DNA of 64,000 bases from Macrostomum hystrix (lineage: Eukaryota > Animalia > Platyhelminthes). Position numbers and translations under genes: made by a program. The notes under the pieces are model-generated. The model did no database searches, had not been told where the DNA came from, and saw only the letters and a list, made by a program, of their open reading frames with translations. Position 1 is the stretch's first letter. Each line of letters opens with the position of its first letter. Below, one piece after another: positions 47,701-60,384 of the stretch. The stretch spans positions 22,630,001 through 22,694,000 of the forward strand of contig CATNEN010000038.1 in NCBI GenBank assembly GCA_950097015.1, given 5' to 3'.

Positions 47701-50700
47701 CGGAGGCTAATTTTGCTAGTTACACATTTCAACTACCTAAATAAGGCGCACAGTCATGCTTCTTTCTAGCTCAGAAGACGAGAGACAGAAAGAAAATATT
47801 ACCAAACCAGACTCATTTTTTTAATACTACTAGTAATCGTAACAAAACAAAATGACAGTCGGTTTCTAAACAGCCACGCCCATTTACGAGAAATATGAGA
47901 CTTTGTATTCTCTGTGTAGCTTTATTTTGTTGTTGTTAAATTAAAATGTGTACTACGAGCGTAATATGGCATAATATGGTGGAGAGAGACAGGAGGTGGT
48001 GGAGAGAGACAGGAGGTGGTGTAGATAGAGAGGGGATGGTGGAGAGAGACAGGAGGTGGTGGAGAGAGACAGGAGGTGGTGGAGAGAGACAGGAGATGGT
48101 GGAGAGAGACAGGAGGTGGTGTAGATAGAGAGGGGATGGTGGAGAGAGACAGGAGGTGATGGAGAGAGACAGGAGGTGGTGGAGAGAGACAGGAGATGGT
48201 GGAGAGAGACAGGAGGTGGTGTAGATAGAGAGGGGATGGTGGAGAGAGACAGTAGGTGGTGGAGAGAGACAGGAGGTGGTGGAGAGAGACAGGAGATGGT
48301 GGAGAGAGACAGGAGGTGGTGTAGATAGAGAGGGGATGGTGGTGAGAGAGGAGATGGTGGTGAGAGAGGAGATGGTGGAGAGAGAGGAGATGGTGGAGAG
48401 AGATGAGATGGTGAAGACAGAGAGGAGATGGAGAGGAGACAGGAGATGGTGAAGAGAGAGAGGATATTGTGGAGAGAGAGAGGAGATGGTGGAGAGAAAG
48501 GAGATGAGAGAGAGAGGAGATGGTAGAGAGAGAGGAGATAAGAGAGAGAGGAGATGGTGGAGAGAGAGAGGAGATGGTGGAGAGAGGAGATGAGAGAGAG
48601 GAGATGGTGGAGAGAGAGGAGAGAGAGAAGAGATGAGAGAGAGGAGATGGTGGAGAGAGAAGAGATGAGAGAGAGAAGATGAGAGAGGAGATAAGAGAGA
48701 GAGGAGATGGTGGAGAGAGAGAGGAGATGGTGGAGAGAGGAGATGAGAGAGAGGAGATGGTGGAGAGAGAGAAGAGAGAGAGAAGAGATGAGAGAGAGGA
48801 GATGGAGGAGAGAGAGGAGAGAGAGAAGAGATGAGAGAGAGGAGATGGTGGAGAGAGAGGAGAGAGAGAAGAGATGAGAGAGAGGAGATGGTGGAGAGAG
48901 AAGAGATGAGAGAGAGAAGATGAGAGAGGAGATGGTGGAGAGAGAAGAGATGAGAGAGAGGAGATGAGAGAGAGGAGATGGTGGAGAGAGAGAGGAGATG
49001 GTGAAGAGAGAGAGGTAGATGGTGGAGAGAGAAAGGAGATGGTGGAAAGGGGGGAGACGACTATGAGACAGGAGATAAATATGACATAGAGGGAGAAGGC
49101 AGATAAAAGAGGAAAGATACAAAAGAGATTGAAGTGAAAAATGCGATCGCTAGCCCACACTTGTTGGAATGAATAATCAGAGGCATTGGCAGTTGCTGAA
49201 TAATATCTATGCAACAGGATGTAAGATTTACAGAACACTTTGAAATGGAGGTTTAACTGGTATGCTAATTAAGACTATTTTCAGTTTCATAACTCTTATC
49301 TCTTATCTGGCATGGTGCTTGCATTGCATAGCCAGCGTTCCCGGAAATAGGCTGAACGATTCGCGCAAGTCAGGTAAAATACAGTACAGTCATCAAGAGA
49401 ATAATTTTTATCAACTTATGTAATGGCAAATAGAAGTTCTGGTTGGCTATCACTTACAATCGATAAGATAAGAATTAATTTGTCGCAGGGTATGAGGATT
49501 GAGGACTGACATTTCATGATTCGAAACGATGTCACTTCTATATATACAAATTAAGCCTTAGCTCCAGTACAGGACAAGTGCACATAGCGCTGTGGGTACA
49601 TGTTTAATTTGTACAATGTGAGATACAATTGTACAGCGAGATGGAAATGTGTCACAGCAAATGACTAGGCTTTCAAATTATTAAATTTGCCAGCGAATTT
49701 TACAAGCAAAACTTGCCAATAGATTTGCGATAATATCAAACATTTTAAAAGAAGAGAAATATTTAATAAACAAAGGGCAAGACGGTAAGATGGAGGAGAC
49801 CGAGGTAAGATGGAGGAGACAGAGGGTAAGATGGAGGAGACAGAGGGTAAGATGGAGGAGACAGAGGGTAAGATGGAGGAGACCGAGGTAAGGTGGAGGA
49901 GACTCTGGTAAGATGGAGGAGACAGAGGGTAAGATGGAGGAGACAGAGGGTAAGATGGAGGAGACAGATGGAAGATGGAGGAGAGAGAGAGTAAGATGGA
50001 GGAGACAGATGGAAGATGGAGGAGACAGATGGAAGATGGAGGAGAGAGAGAGTAAGATGGAGGAGACAGATGGAAGATGGAGGAGAGAGAGAGTAGGATA
50101 CTAACAACGAGAAAAGTTCTTACCTCGGGATGAAACTGCTGCTCGGTGCGAGTGTGGCAGTACTGACAGTCGTCCGACTGTTCGCACAGGCTGCTATCGA
50201 GCCACTCATCCGAGCTCTTGACAGCTGGGCAGGGCGTTGATCTGTAAAATGATTTTGAGTCAAGTTTTAATCAGTTAATAGGGAGACAGGGAGATAGGGA
50301 GATAGGAGACAGCTGACAGGGAGATAGGGTGACAGGTAGATAGGTACACAGGTAGATAGTGAGATAGGGAGACAGGGAGACAGGTAGATAGTGAGATAGG
50401 GAGACAGGGAGACAGGTAGATAGTGAGATAGGGAGACAGGGAGACAGATAGGGAGACAGGTAGACAGGGAGACAGATAGGGAGACAGTTAGACAGGGAGA
50501 CAGATAAGGAGACAGGTAGACAGGGAGACAGATAAGGAGACAGGGAGACAGGGAGACAGGTAGACAGGGAGACAGATAGGGAGACAGGTAGACAGGGAGA
50601 CAGATAAGGAGACAGGGAGACATGGAGATAGGAAGACAGGGAGACAGGTAGATACAGGGGACAAAGGGAAACAGAAGACAGCTGAGATCCTGTCACAAAT

Positions 50701-53517
50701 TTCAGAAGGAATTGGTGCAATTGCCTTGTCCCAAAAACAGCAATTACAAAAATTAAGTTTAGGCAGAAAAAACGTAGATATTTCATTCATAAAATTGAGT
50801 TTCATTGCTCACTGTGTGAATTGTTATGGAAACAAGTACGGAAAGATTCGACACAAAAATAATAGCTCCCATAGAGTAGAAAGGAAAGACCTAAAAGAGC
50901 GAGAAGGCGGGAGAGTGCATGGTTAGGAAAGGATTTATATAGTGGAGGGGGCTCGTATGTACAGTATGGACAGAGGGTCTCGTTCAGACAGAAAAAGTCC
51001 TAACTTTAAGCTATCGATCGATTGTAACTATTTGCGTAGGCGCGCGAAAAAAAGTACTAAGTAATAAGGAAGCTTCAAATTATTTTAGGGAAATATTTCC
51101 CAAGTTAAAATGGGGATTTTTTATCAACAGTTTTCATATTTTTTATCTAGGCGATAGTTGGGATATGGGATATTTTTCTTACGACATAGATATCCTACAA
51201 TCCTATAGGAATTTTTCGCTACAGAAGGGATCATTTTCCCACATGGATATTTTTCGTCCCCCTTAGGTGGCGATTTTTCCATAGAGTTTTTCCATAGATT
51301 TATCCACGAGGGGTATTTTTGTACAAAGTGGGATATTTTCCTAACCTGTACTTGAAGAACTGCGGTCCACGCCGTTTATCCTTGGCGTTGTGAAAGAACG
51401 GACAGGCGTAGCCTTGGCGACACATTCGAGGCGGCTTCCTGCACTGCTCAGTCTTATAATTAGCCAGCACGTATCCCATCTCGTTCCATTTTGGATCCTC
51501 GGACAGAACGCGCTCCTTCTCTAGGCTAGCCGGCAGGTTCACGGGACAGTCTGCGGCTTCCTGAGCCTCGCGTATGTCGTACACTGGCACGCGCAGGTCG
51601 TGAGCTCCGTGGGCGAAGGCGCAGTGGGCGCCATTGCGCGAGCACTGGCCTCTGGCGTCGGTGTCGTGAATGCACGTGCCAGTCTTGAAGTAGCGCAAAT
51701 GATACCTGAGCAGAGGGACATAATTCCACATTTGTGCACTTTTATTCTCATCAAATCTTCCTCTTTTAATAACTTATTTTTTTTTAGATCCGTTTTGCAT
51801 TTCTGACGAATAGGGGACAATTTTGACTCCTGGGTTAGTGATAATTTAGAATTTAGAGGGGCTTTTAGAAACGTAGGGGATTTTTGGTAACAATGGGGAA
51901 GATTTGGAAATTGAGGGATTACTCGGTTACTATAGGGAAGATTCGGAAGCTGGGGGGATAATTCCGTAACGATGGGGATATTTTATAAACTGGAGGATAA
52001 CTCGGTAACCACGAGGGACGATTTTTGAGACTGGGGGGGTTGATTTAGTAGCTGGGGATAATTCCGAAACAGGTGCGGGTACAATTCTGAACTAGAGAAT
52101 AGTTCTAAAATTTGGGGAAATGCATAGCTAGCAAGACCATTGCTTAACTAAATTTTTTAATCTAATTTTAGATAATAAGAGAGTTTCTGTATCACGCTAA
52201 ATATGAAAGAGAACAACACGGAATTTATCAAAATTTGACACCCGAGAAGGCCCGCTTACCTGCGCTCCGTATCACCGGCATTGCGATGCAGATAAGGACA
52301 AACTTCCCCATTGGGACAGTCGCCCCTAGTCTCGTCGTATTTATCGCAATAGACATCTGGCGAATAGGAAAATGTGCCATCAGATTTGCGCACAGGCCGG
52401 CGACGCCTCTGATTTGGGAAATGCCAGTGAAAACAGGTGAACGGCTTGTGTTGAGTGCACTTGTGGTTGGCGAACAGCGGGCACTGCTGAGTGCGGAAGT
52501 CGCGCAGGTAACTACAGAAATGAGAGAAATTCTGCCTTGGAATATGAATTTTATATTTAAATATTACACCTATATTCTCAGTAACTAATATACAATACTC
52601 AATAAAGTGTTTTTACTTCCTAGCTCTTAAATAAACAAATTTAGATATGTCAGCAAAATTTCTACCCAGAAGTAAATAGCTCTAACATTGTGAACTGCCC
52701 TTATGACACTAAATAAGTGATAAAATCACAAAAAGCTAAATTGTGTAAATGTTTGAAAAAACTGAAAATTAATTACAATGACCCTACATAGTAGACAATC
52801 TAAAATAGCCATTTAAACAATGCTTACTCCCTTACTGAATATATAGCTCAAGCTCACCAATGTTGTTATGCCATGAAAAAATGAATATAAAATTAAAAGA
52901 AACAAAGGTATACAATAATAATCATAAACATTCAAAGTATTTATAATACTAAACTGGAACTGAGCTAAATGTAGACTGAACTGTCATTTACAGCCATAGG
53001 AAAGAGAGCATATTTTGTGTAAATTTTGCTTAAAATGGACTTCTATAACAATAGAAATGTGTGTTTTCCTGCATCGAATTTATTTAATTTTAAAGTAAAA
53101 TTTTAATAGCACACAACCATGTATCAAACATAATCAGACAGTAGGCTGCATGCATGTAAAAGAAACTAAAGTTGGAAATTATTCTTTAATAGCTAATAAG
53201 TTAATTACATGACATGTTTGCTAGCTTTCACTTATAGCTAACCTGCAAAAAAATAATGACAATGGACGATACAATATTAGTGCCATAAGCGAACTTTACC
53301 TCAAATGCTGCGGCTTCACTGAAACTGGGGCCATTCCGATTCCTTGAGCCGCCTGATCTAGCTCTGTTGGCAAAGATACACTGGCAGAAAGATGGTTCAA
53401 ATTAACTGATTGGATTTGAGATGGTGAGACTGAGAGTTTAGGAAAGCTTGCCGCTAAAATTAAATTCGCTAGATTCGACATTGTGGGATTTTGGGTAATG
53501 GGCGACAAAGAAGACAT
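41739..53517 (-). CDS. unk: Unkempt-family CCCH zinc-finger RNA-binding protein; exons 53517-53300, 52511-52260, 51705-51346, 50241-50124, 45849-45513, 44754-44231, 44052(or 44049)-43666, 42071-41739
   Basis: YLRDFRTQQCPLFANHKCTQHKPFTCFHWHF, RRYHLRYFKTGTCIHDTDARG, YKTEQCRKPPRMCRQGYACPFFHN, YCHTRTEQQFHPEIYKSTKCND...CPRGAFCAFAH; then low-complexity region and coiled coil; splice sites in phase. Confidence 0.95.
42124..42866. repeat. 35-bp minisatellite, unkempt last intron
   Basis: CCAGTCATTCAG(T/A)GTTCTGTCCCTTTTTAACACCT. Confidence 0.95.
43203..43365 (+). mobile_element. tRNA-derived SINE (family B), internally deleted copy
   Basis: A-box-like TGGCAGAGCGG, B-box-like GAGCTCGATTCCGCGGCGAGGCC, and 3' block CGATGAGAAAGTCA...TACACACCT shared with 57862-58090 (-). 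Confidence 0.65.
43379..43582. repeat. 22-bp minisatellite, unkempt last intron
   Basis: TACTTTAAGGTCATCAATGATG. Confidence 0.88.
44776..45503. repeat. 14-bp (7+7) tandem repeat filling an unkempt intron
   Basis: (CAGATCC CAGATCT)n, nearly perfect. Confidence 0.97.
45882..46250. repeat. 20-bp minisatellite, unkempt intron 4
   Basis: GTGTCTACTTCCTGATCTAC. Confidence 0.9.
46760..47520. repeat. 16-bp minisatellite, unkempt intron 4
   Basis: CCGTGTC(A/T)CATCTCT(A/C). Confidence 0.92.
47976..49060. repeat. GA-rich polypurine tandem/low-complexity repeat, unkempt intron 4
   Basis: GGTGGAGAGAGACAGGA-type units grading into GAGAGAGGAGATG runs. Confidence 0.9.
49780..50095. repeat. 21-bp GA-rich minisatellite, unkempt intron 4
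   Basis: AAGATGGAGGAGACAGAGGGT. Confidence 0.88.
50280..50670. repeat. GA-rich tandem repeat, unkempt intron 3
   Basis: GGGAGACA / GGTAGACA / GATA modules. Confidence 0.85.
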
Positions 53518-54570
53518 AACAGTAACACTATATTTAGCTTAGCCTGTGTTTCCCCGCGAAAAATACACAATAAAGGACGATTTATCGTCAGAGGTTTCAA
53601 AGAAAAACTATTATCGTAAACAAAATTCGATCCTGTATTTGTAGAAAAAATCGGGTATCTACTGTAAATAGTTAAAAGCACCCAAAACCGCACATTTGTG
53701 CAAGTTTTCACATACAAAAAATGTTTTTAAGAGAAATAAATACATACGATACGCTTTAAAATTATTTTATGTGCATGTTAAAAGGTAATTTGTTAATACT
53801 AACAAGTTTTCGTCGCGGCGATATTTTAATGTCATCGGTCGTGGGCGAAAGTTTCATCTTCGGTCACGTTATAACACTTACTATCAGGGTGCATAAACTT
53901 CTACATTCAGAAGTATAATAAGCATTCTTACATGAGTTTTGCCTTCCATTTTTATTCGTAAGTGTTTTTTTGTATAATTCTAGTCTCAGTCATGAAAAAT
54001 CATCCGTTTTCGATCCTTTTTTATTTATTTAACTATTTAATTAACTTTAAATGACTGCGTGTATATAACTCGTCATTGACAATTTACCAGGACAGTTTCT
54101 TATAAGTAACAATTCTTTGAACTGCATATAATTTTCAAGAAAGCGTTATTCTTTTTGACAAGCGTCTGTTCTAGACAATGTTGCAGCTATCAGGGTTGAA
54201 ATAGGCAGTAAAAACTTTTTTTGCCAATAGTGAATAAGTTTATAGAAATAAGGATAAAAGTACTCTATTGTAGTAACACGAATCACCACATTAAAATTTA
54301 AAACCATACTTGACTTTAAAATCATTTATTAGTTCGCAAATTCACATTATATATTATAGCGTATTATATCTGCGCTATACGTAGTAAGGATTTAGTGTGA
54401 TTTACATTTATGTTCCTTAAAAAGATAATTATCAAACAGAACTACAACTAAGGATCATTTATATAAGGCTGAAAGTTTAAACATATTAGGATATGTTTCT
54501 ATTATTAAAACTTTCTACACATATAAAACAAAGTGCGGAGATAAAAGAAAGAAGTTCATTATTAAATCAG

Positions 54571-57500
54571 TCAAGTATCGCAACATGATTGTCGACCACT
54601 GCTGTTGGAGCTCTTTTTGAGCCTAACCGACTGCTTCGGTGCCGATTGTGTGTGCGCCTGGCTGACCTGGAAAATTAAGAGTAGAAAATACTCATTTTGC
54701 CACCTTTTTTATAGGCCGTGTAGAAATAAATGTAATTGGCGCAAGAACTCGGGACTGCTTTTTATTTGACATGAAAGCCAAAAGCCAAGACATAGCTACC
54801 TGCATGTCCTCATTGGCTCGCATCTGTCTGGCTAATTCTGCCACGCTCTCCAACACATTTTCGCCACTTTTAACGCTGGTCTCGGTGAACAGGGCGTCGT
54901 GTTCCTGCGCCAGTTTCCGAGCTTCGGCGTAGCTAATAAATTGCTGCTGCTGCTGCTGCTGCTGGGGAGCCTCTTTGGCAGCGGCTGCCGCTCTGAGATC
55001 GATCTTGTTGCCGCAGATCATGATCGGCACGTCGGCCACTTCGCGCACCTGACTTAGCCAGTCGCGCACGCTTAGAAACGAGCGCTCGTGAGAGCAGTCG
55101 TATAGTAAAAGGACGCCGTCGGCACGACGAAAGTAGGATCTGGCGATGGAGCGGAAACGCTCCTGCCCAGCCGTGTCCCACAGCTGTTAATCGGAGTTTT
55201 ATTTTGGCTTTTTTGAATAATTAATTAATTTCAATCATTATTAGGATCAAGGATCAAGGAACAAGAACAAGGATCGGCTCCAATCAAACATAGTCTTGAA
55301 ATTTGTGCAGAAAAAAAGGAAAATGTCCTATCTCCGTCCTATCTACTTTCTACTTTTCTTATCTACTTTTCGGAGTAAAGTTTTCTATTGTGTGAGTTTA
55401 TATTGTTGGACTTGATATAAATCAATAGCAGTGATTGCTAAGTTGCTTACCTGCACAGCCAGCATGTGTCCGTCAACATTTAGCACGGTGGTCTTGAAGT
55501 CGACACCCAGCGTTGCTGTTGTACGCTCCACAAACTTATTGTCGCACAGGCGCATTATGAAGCACGACTTGCCCACGGAGGTGTCGCCAGCCAGCACCAC
55601 TTTAAACATCCGCTCCGGATTCGCTGCGCCCCTGACGCCAAGTGGTCGCGCGACCACAGTGCCAGTAGCGTCGCTCTCACCCGACTTGTTTGACAGTTGA
55701 AGACATTTAATACGTCGTCTGCGAGTTCTTGAACTGCTGGTCGCATTGGGAGAAGCATCTTCGTTGACGTCCCAACTGGGTCGACGTCCGTCACTATTGT
55801 CGTTGCTGTCGTTGTCTGTCGTCGCTTCGTCGGCGGCGGTTGCTTTTTTAGACGCGGCGTTGTTAACATCAGCGTCGGCTGCGTCTAACGATGACGATGC
55901 TGATTCCATGGCAACCTTGAAATTATTTTGACTTTTCAACTGGTCTTTGTCCTCAAAGCGTCGACCCAAAACGTCGTAGCACTACAAAGAGCTATGCCTA
56001 ACTTATACGAGCTTGATATAAGAGAAAAGTGAAACGTTACTTAACAATACAATTTATAATGAAGCTTGTTAGAATTTCAATCTGGACTTTGTCTAGTTGA
56101 TTACTGCCTTTTATTAAAACAAACACATTTTGTGACATTGCTAATTGAACTTGAAGGCTAGCACACAAACACATACAGAATCACTCGGGCGATTGGTATT
56201 ATAGGATCAGGAATCTCAAATATTTTTTAGACTTTTTGAAGGCCAACTTATTCGGTGGGTTACGCAAAAATGCGTTTGCTGAATATGATTCGGCCATAGA
56301 CTAAATCTCTCCCAAATCGCAGAGATTAAGTAGATATGAGGAGAGTTACTCACCTGCATGAGCTCCTCGTTGCGATCTCTGAGCTCTCTGTTTGCGACTC
56401 GCATGGCCTGTAACTGCTGGCTGATTCTCTCCCTCTGCCTGAGCTGCTCTTGAACAGCTTCGCGCTCTCTGGCTACGCAGAACTCGCGCTCCTGCAGCGA
56501 CTGCTTCAGTGCGCTGATCTCGCTCATAGCTACGGCTAGGCGTGTCTCGGACTCGTTCAACTCCGACTGGGCCAGCTGCCAGTTGGCTCTACTATCGGCT
56601 AATTCGCGTCGAAGTGTAGCGATCTCGACGCCTAGAGCGTCGGCGGCTGTTAGTCGAGTCCGGTGCTCAGCCAGCTGGCGGGTTAGCGAGCTCAGCTCCG
56701 CGTCTTTGGCTTCTAGAACTGCGCGATAGTCGCGATCGGCTGATTCGCGTGCACGAGCGAGTGCCGCCTCCTCAGCGGCTTTGACCTGCGTTGGAACGAG
56801 TAATTGATTGTTCTCTGGACTTCAAAGCTTAGTTTTCGGGGAATGGAATTTCTATTCCGAACTATTATTCTAATTCCTAAAGTGCATTCTTAGAAATGCA
56901 AATACAAATTATGGGAGAGGTTGTAGCCTAGTGGTTAGAGCGTCGGACTTGAAGGTCGAGGTTTCGAATCCCAGCTCCACTTGAACAATTTAGCGTCCTT
57001 TAGCAAGACACTTAACTCAACATTGCTTTAGTTCACTCAGCTGTTAAATGGATACAAGAATTAGCTGGGGGTAATTAAGAGTTCGGTGCCGTCGGCAGCA
57101 CATCAAGTTCAATTTTTCGTCTTAGAAATATTTATCTTTGAGTAGTTCTTTAAAACTTCTTTGATTCTTAGAATTCTTAATTATGAAAAATGCGAGTTAG
57201 AATGATAAAAAAAAAATCCAGTCTATATACTGGATTCTTAAGATTCTTAAGTTCTTAAAACTAATAGATTTAGATTTTGTACAGGAGTTTTCAATGATTT
57301 GGTTTCTTGGTATGCCGATCACCGATAATGCGCAAATTATTCTTTACATCACCTGCTGCTCAAGTTCGGCTTCCATCTCGCGCACCGCCCGCCTGTGCCT
57401 GTCTCTCTCCTGCCTCATAGATTCCTCCATTCGACTCTGTTCATCTCTCAGACTCCTAACTGTGTGCATCAGATCGGCTAGCACTGCTTCGAAATTTTCT

Positions 57501-58392
57501 AGAAGTTCCGGTCGCTGCTGCTGCTGCTCAGTCAACTGCTGATAGAGATCCAGAACGCAGTCCTGACTAGATAGTGACTGCAGACAGTCACCCAACGACT
57601 GCGCCAACGTCTGGGCGTCTGTGCCCGCGTTCTTCATCGCCAACGAGGCGCCTTCGTCGTCTTCGTCCAGCCGGTTGAGATTGTTGTCGCGCGATCCGGC
57701 GCCGCTGGCTGGAAGACGACGCGCTGACAGACTGGAAGCCACCGAGGAGCGGCGACGCTCCTGTCCCGAGGTAATAATAAGAATAATAATTTACAGGAGG
57801 GCTGAGGGCAATGGCGCATCATTTGGTGACTTTAGACAATTCTGACCATTCCGCTGACTCCTGAACGCAGGCACACGCTCACACAGGTGTGTAAATCAGC
57901 CCTGACTTTCTCATCGACAGGCAGTGTACACTCCCACTGTGCCTTGGAGGTTGGCCCTCAAGGACGTGAATTTCACAACAAGCCCCCCCAAAGCCTTCTC
58001 TCTGCGGCCACGGCTGAGTTCCAAAAAAAATTCTGTGGCCTCGCCGCGGAATCGAGCTCAGGGACCTTGGTGCGAGAGGCAAACTCGTTATATTTTACTG
58101 TAAGTAAGCAATGTATTTTATGTACAATCCAGACCTGATCGTGCCGATGTACAGTGCGGCTAATCACTCGAAAGCCCTCGCGAAAGTCGTCTAAGCTGAT
58201 GCGACCGTCGCCGTCTTTGTCGAGTTCTTGAAAAAGTTTCACAAACTCTTCTCTGCTAAGCTCGGTGCCGCAATAGTCGGCCAGGTCGGCTGGCTCTATG
58301 AAGCCGCTGCCGTCACGGTCAAGATTGTCGAATAGACTGCGCGAACGGCTGGTCAGTAGCGACTCGGTTGAGGCAGATAGCTCGCGGTTCAT
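54571..58392 (-). CDS. RASEF: RASEF/Rab45-like large Rab (EF-hands, coiled coil, Rab GTPase); exons 58392-58135, 57760-57353, 56785-56354, 55981-55451, 55183-54800, 54666-54571
   Basis: Two EF-hands (DRDGSGFI, DKDGDGRISLDDF); coiled coil; FKVVLAGDTSVGKS, TLGVDF, LWDTAGQERF, GNKID motifs; C-terminus SCCDT prenylation motif. Assignment to RASEF rather than CRACR2A/Rab44 rests on resemblance only. Confidence 0.88.
56915..57080 (+). mobile_element. tRNA-derived CORE-like SINE (family A, copy 2, 3'-truncated) in a RASEF intron
   Basis: GAGAGGTTGTAGCCTAGTGGTTAG...GTCCTTTAGCAAGACACTTAACTC...CAGCTGTTAAATGG matching 11375-11540; lacks 7 nt of the anticodon loop. Confidence 0.8.
57862..58090 (-). mobile_element. 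tRNA-derived SINE (family B) in a RASEF intron
   Basis: Shares GAGCTCGATTCCGCGGCGAGGCC and CGATGAGAAAGTCA...TACACACCT with 43203-43365. Confidence 0.65.
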
Positions 58393-58489
58393 GATGCAAT
58401 TGCTATGAATTTGTGCAAGAATTTGCCTATTTACACCTGCATTTGTTGCCTAGTTACTCCAAATTTTTGTGGGGTTGGCTCAATTGGAC

Positions 58490-59530
58490 CCTGTTTTGGT
58501 GGCTATTTAACCCCCTGTTTTGGTGGCTATTTAACCCTCTGTTTTGGTGGGTGGCTGTTTAACCCCCTGTTTTGGTGGGTGGCTGTTTAACCCCCTTTTT
58601 TGGTGGCTATTTAACCCCCTGTTTTGGTGGCTATTTAACCCCCTGTTTTGGTGGCTATTTAACCCCCTGTTTTGGTGGCTATTTAACCCCCTGTTTTGGT
58701 GGCTATTTAACCCCCTGTTTTGGTGGCTATTTAACCCCCTGTTTTGGTGGCTATTTAACCCCCTGTTTTGGTGGCTGTTTAACCCCCTGTTTTGGTGGCT
58801 ATTTAACCCCCTGTTTTGGTGGGTGGCTGTTTAACCCCCTGTTTTGGTGGCTATTTAACCCCCTGTTTTGGTGGCTATTTAACCCCCTGTTTTGGTGGCT
58901 ATGTAGCCCCCTGTTTTGGTGGCTATTTAACCCCCTGTTTTGGTGGCTATTTAACCCCCTGTTTTGGTGGCTATTTAACCCCCTGTTTTGGTGGCTATTT
59001 AACCCCCTGTTTTGGTGGCTGTTTAACCCCCTGTTTTGGTGGGTGTCTGTTTAACCCCCTGTTTTGGTAGCTATTTAACCCCCTGTTTTGGTGGGTGGCT
59101 GTTTAACCCCTGTTTTGGTGGCTAATGAAACCCTGTTTTGGTGGCTAATGAAACCCTGTCTTGGTGGCTAATGAAACCCTGTTTTGGTGGCTAATGAAAC
59201 CCTGTTTTGGTGGCTAATGAAACCCTGTTTTGGTGGGTGGCTGTTTAACCCCCTGTTTTGGTGGGTGGCTGTTTAACCCCCTGTTTTGGTGGGTGGCTGT
59301 TTAACCCCCTGTTTTGGTGGGTGGCTGTTTAACCCCTGTTTTGGTGGCCATTTAACCCCCTGTTTTGGTAGCTATTTAACCCCCTGTTTTGGTGGGTGGC
59401 TGTTTAACCCCTGTTTTGGTGGCCATTTAACCCCCTGTTTTGGTAGCTATTTAACTCTCTGTTTTGGTGGGTGGCTATTTAACCCCCTGTTTTGGTGGGT
59501 GGCTGTTTAACCCCTGTTTTGGTGGCTTTT
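58490..59530. repeat. 24/28-bp minisatellite in the putative RASEF 5'-UTR intron (about 58437-59650)
   Basis: CCCCCTGTTTTGGTGGCTATTTAA; flanked on the - strand by a CAG acceptor near 58437 and a GTAAGT donor at 59650. Confidence 0.93.
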
Positions 59531-60384
59531 TAACCTTTTTTAGGCTTTTTAACTCGCTGCTTTTTAGGCCGTTTAACCATCCTCTTGATTGGCTATTTGA
59601 GCCTTGTCAAATCTTCAAATTATTTCATTGAAATAATTTCAATCACTTACCAATGAACCGATATATTAGCTCGCTAGGAAATTGTTAACTTTTGCGTAGA
59701 ATAATTCGAAACTTCTCTGTGTTTGTCCAAGAAATTTATTTTACCTATTTTAATTCGGTTGCCGTGCGAGTTCTTCACTTTGCTCGGGTTTTAGCCAATC
59801 ACGCCGAAGCAACAACGGCAAGAGAGAGAAGAAATGCTTGGTGGATGAACACATCGATTTAATCAATACCTAAAGCCATCGGCTTCTAAGCTAGATTCAC
59901 TGATTTCCTGTGCTCAAATCTGGTTGAGTACTGTACAGTTTATTTCATTGCGTACTCCGAGCGTACAAAAGTAGGAAAGAGTTCTTATTTTTTGAGGAAA
60001 TACGGCAAGAAACTACTCAGCTCAGGGTAATCCAAATCTTTTCTTTGGGGTCTATGGGGTGAACAGGAAGCACGGGCAAAAATAGAGAGAAAGAAATATT
60101 TTTGATTTACCGTTTGCAATTTCGGCACAGAATTGGGATAATAGCAGAGAGGTGGCGAGGATTAGGTCACGAAAATCTGGCATTCAAAACGCGGATCGAT
60201 TTGTTTAAAACTCTGATGTACTTGCTATTCGCCAAAGTGCATTGTTTATTAAAGTACAAACTAAATTATCATGCTTGTCCAAGACAATGAGATAATGGGT
60301 ACTTGAAAAAAAATATATATTCAGGTTTTTAGGCCTTTTAACCATCCTCTTCATTGGCTATTCATTAAACTGTAAACTGATATG

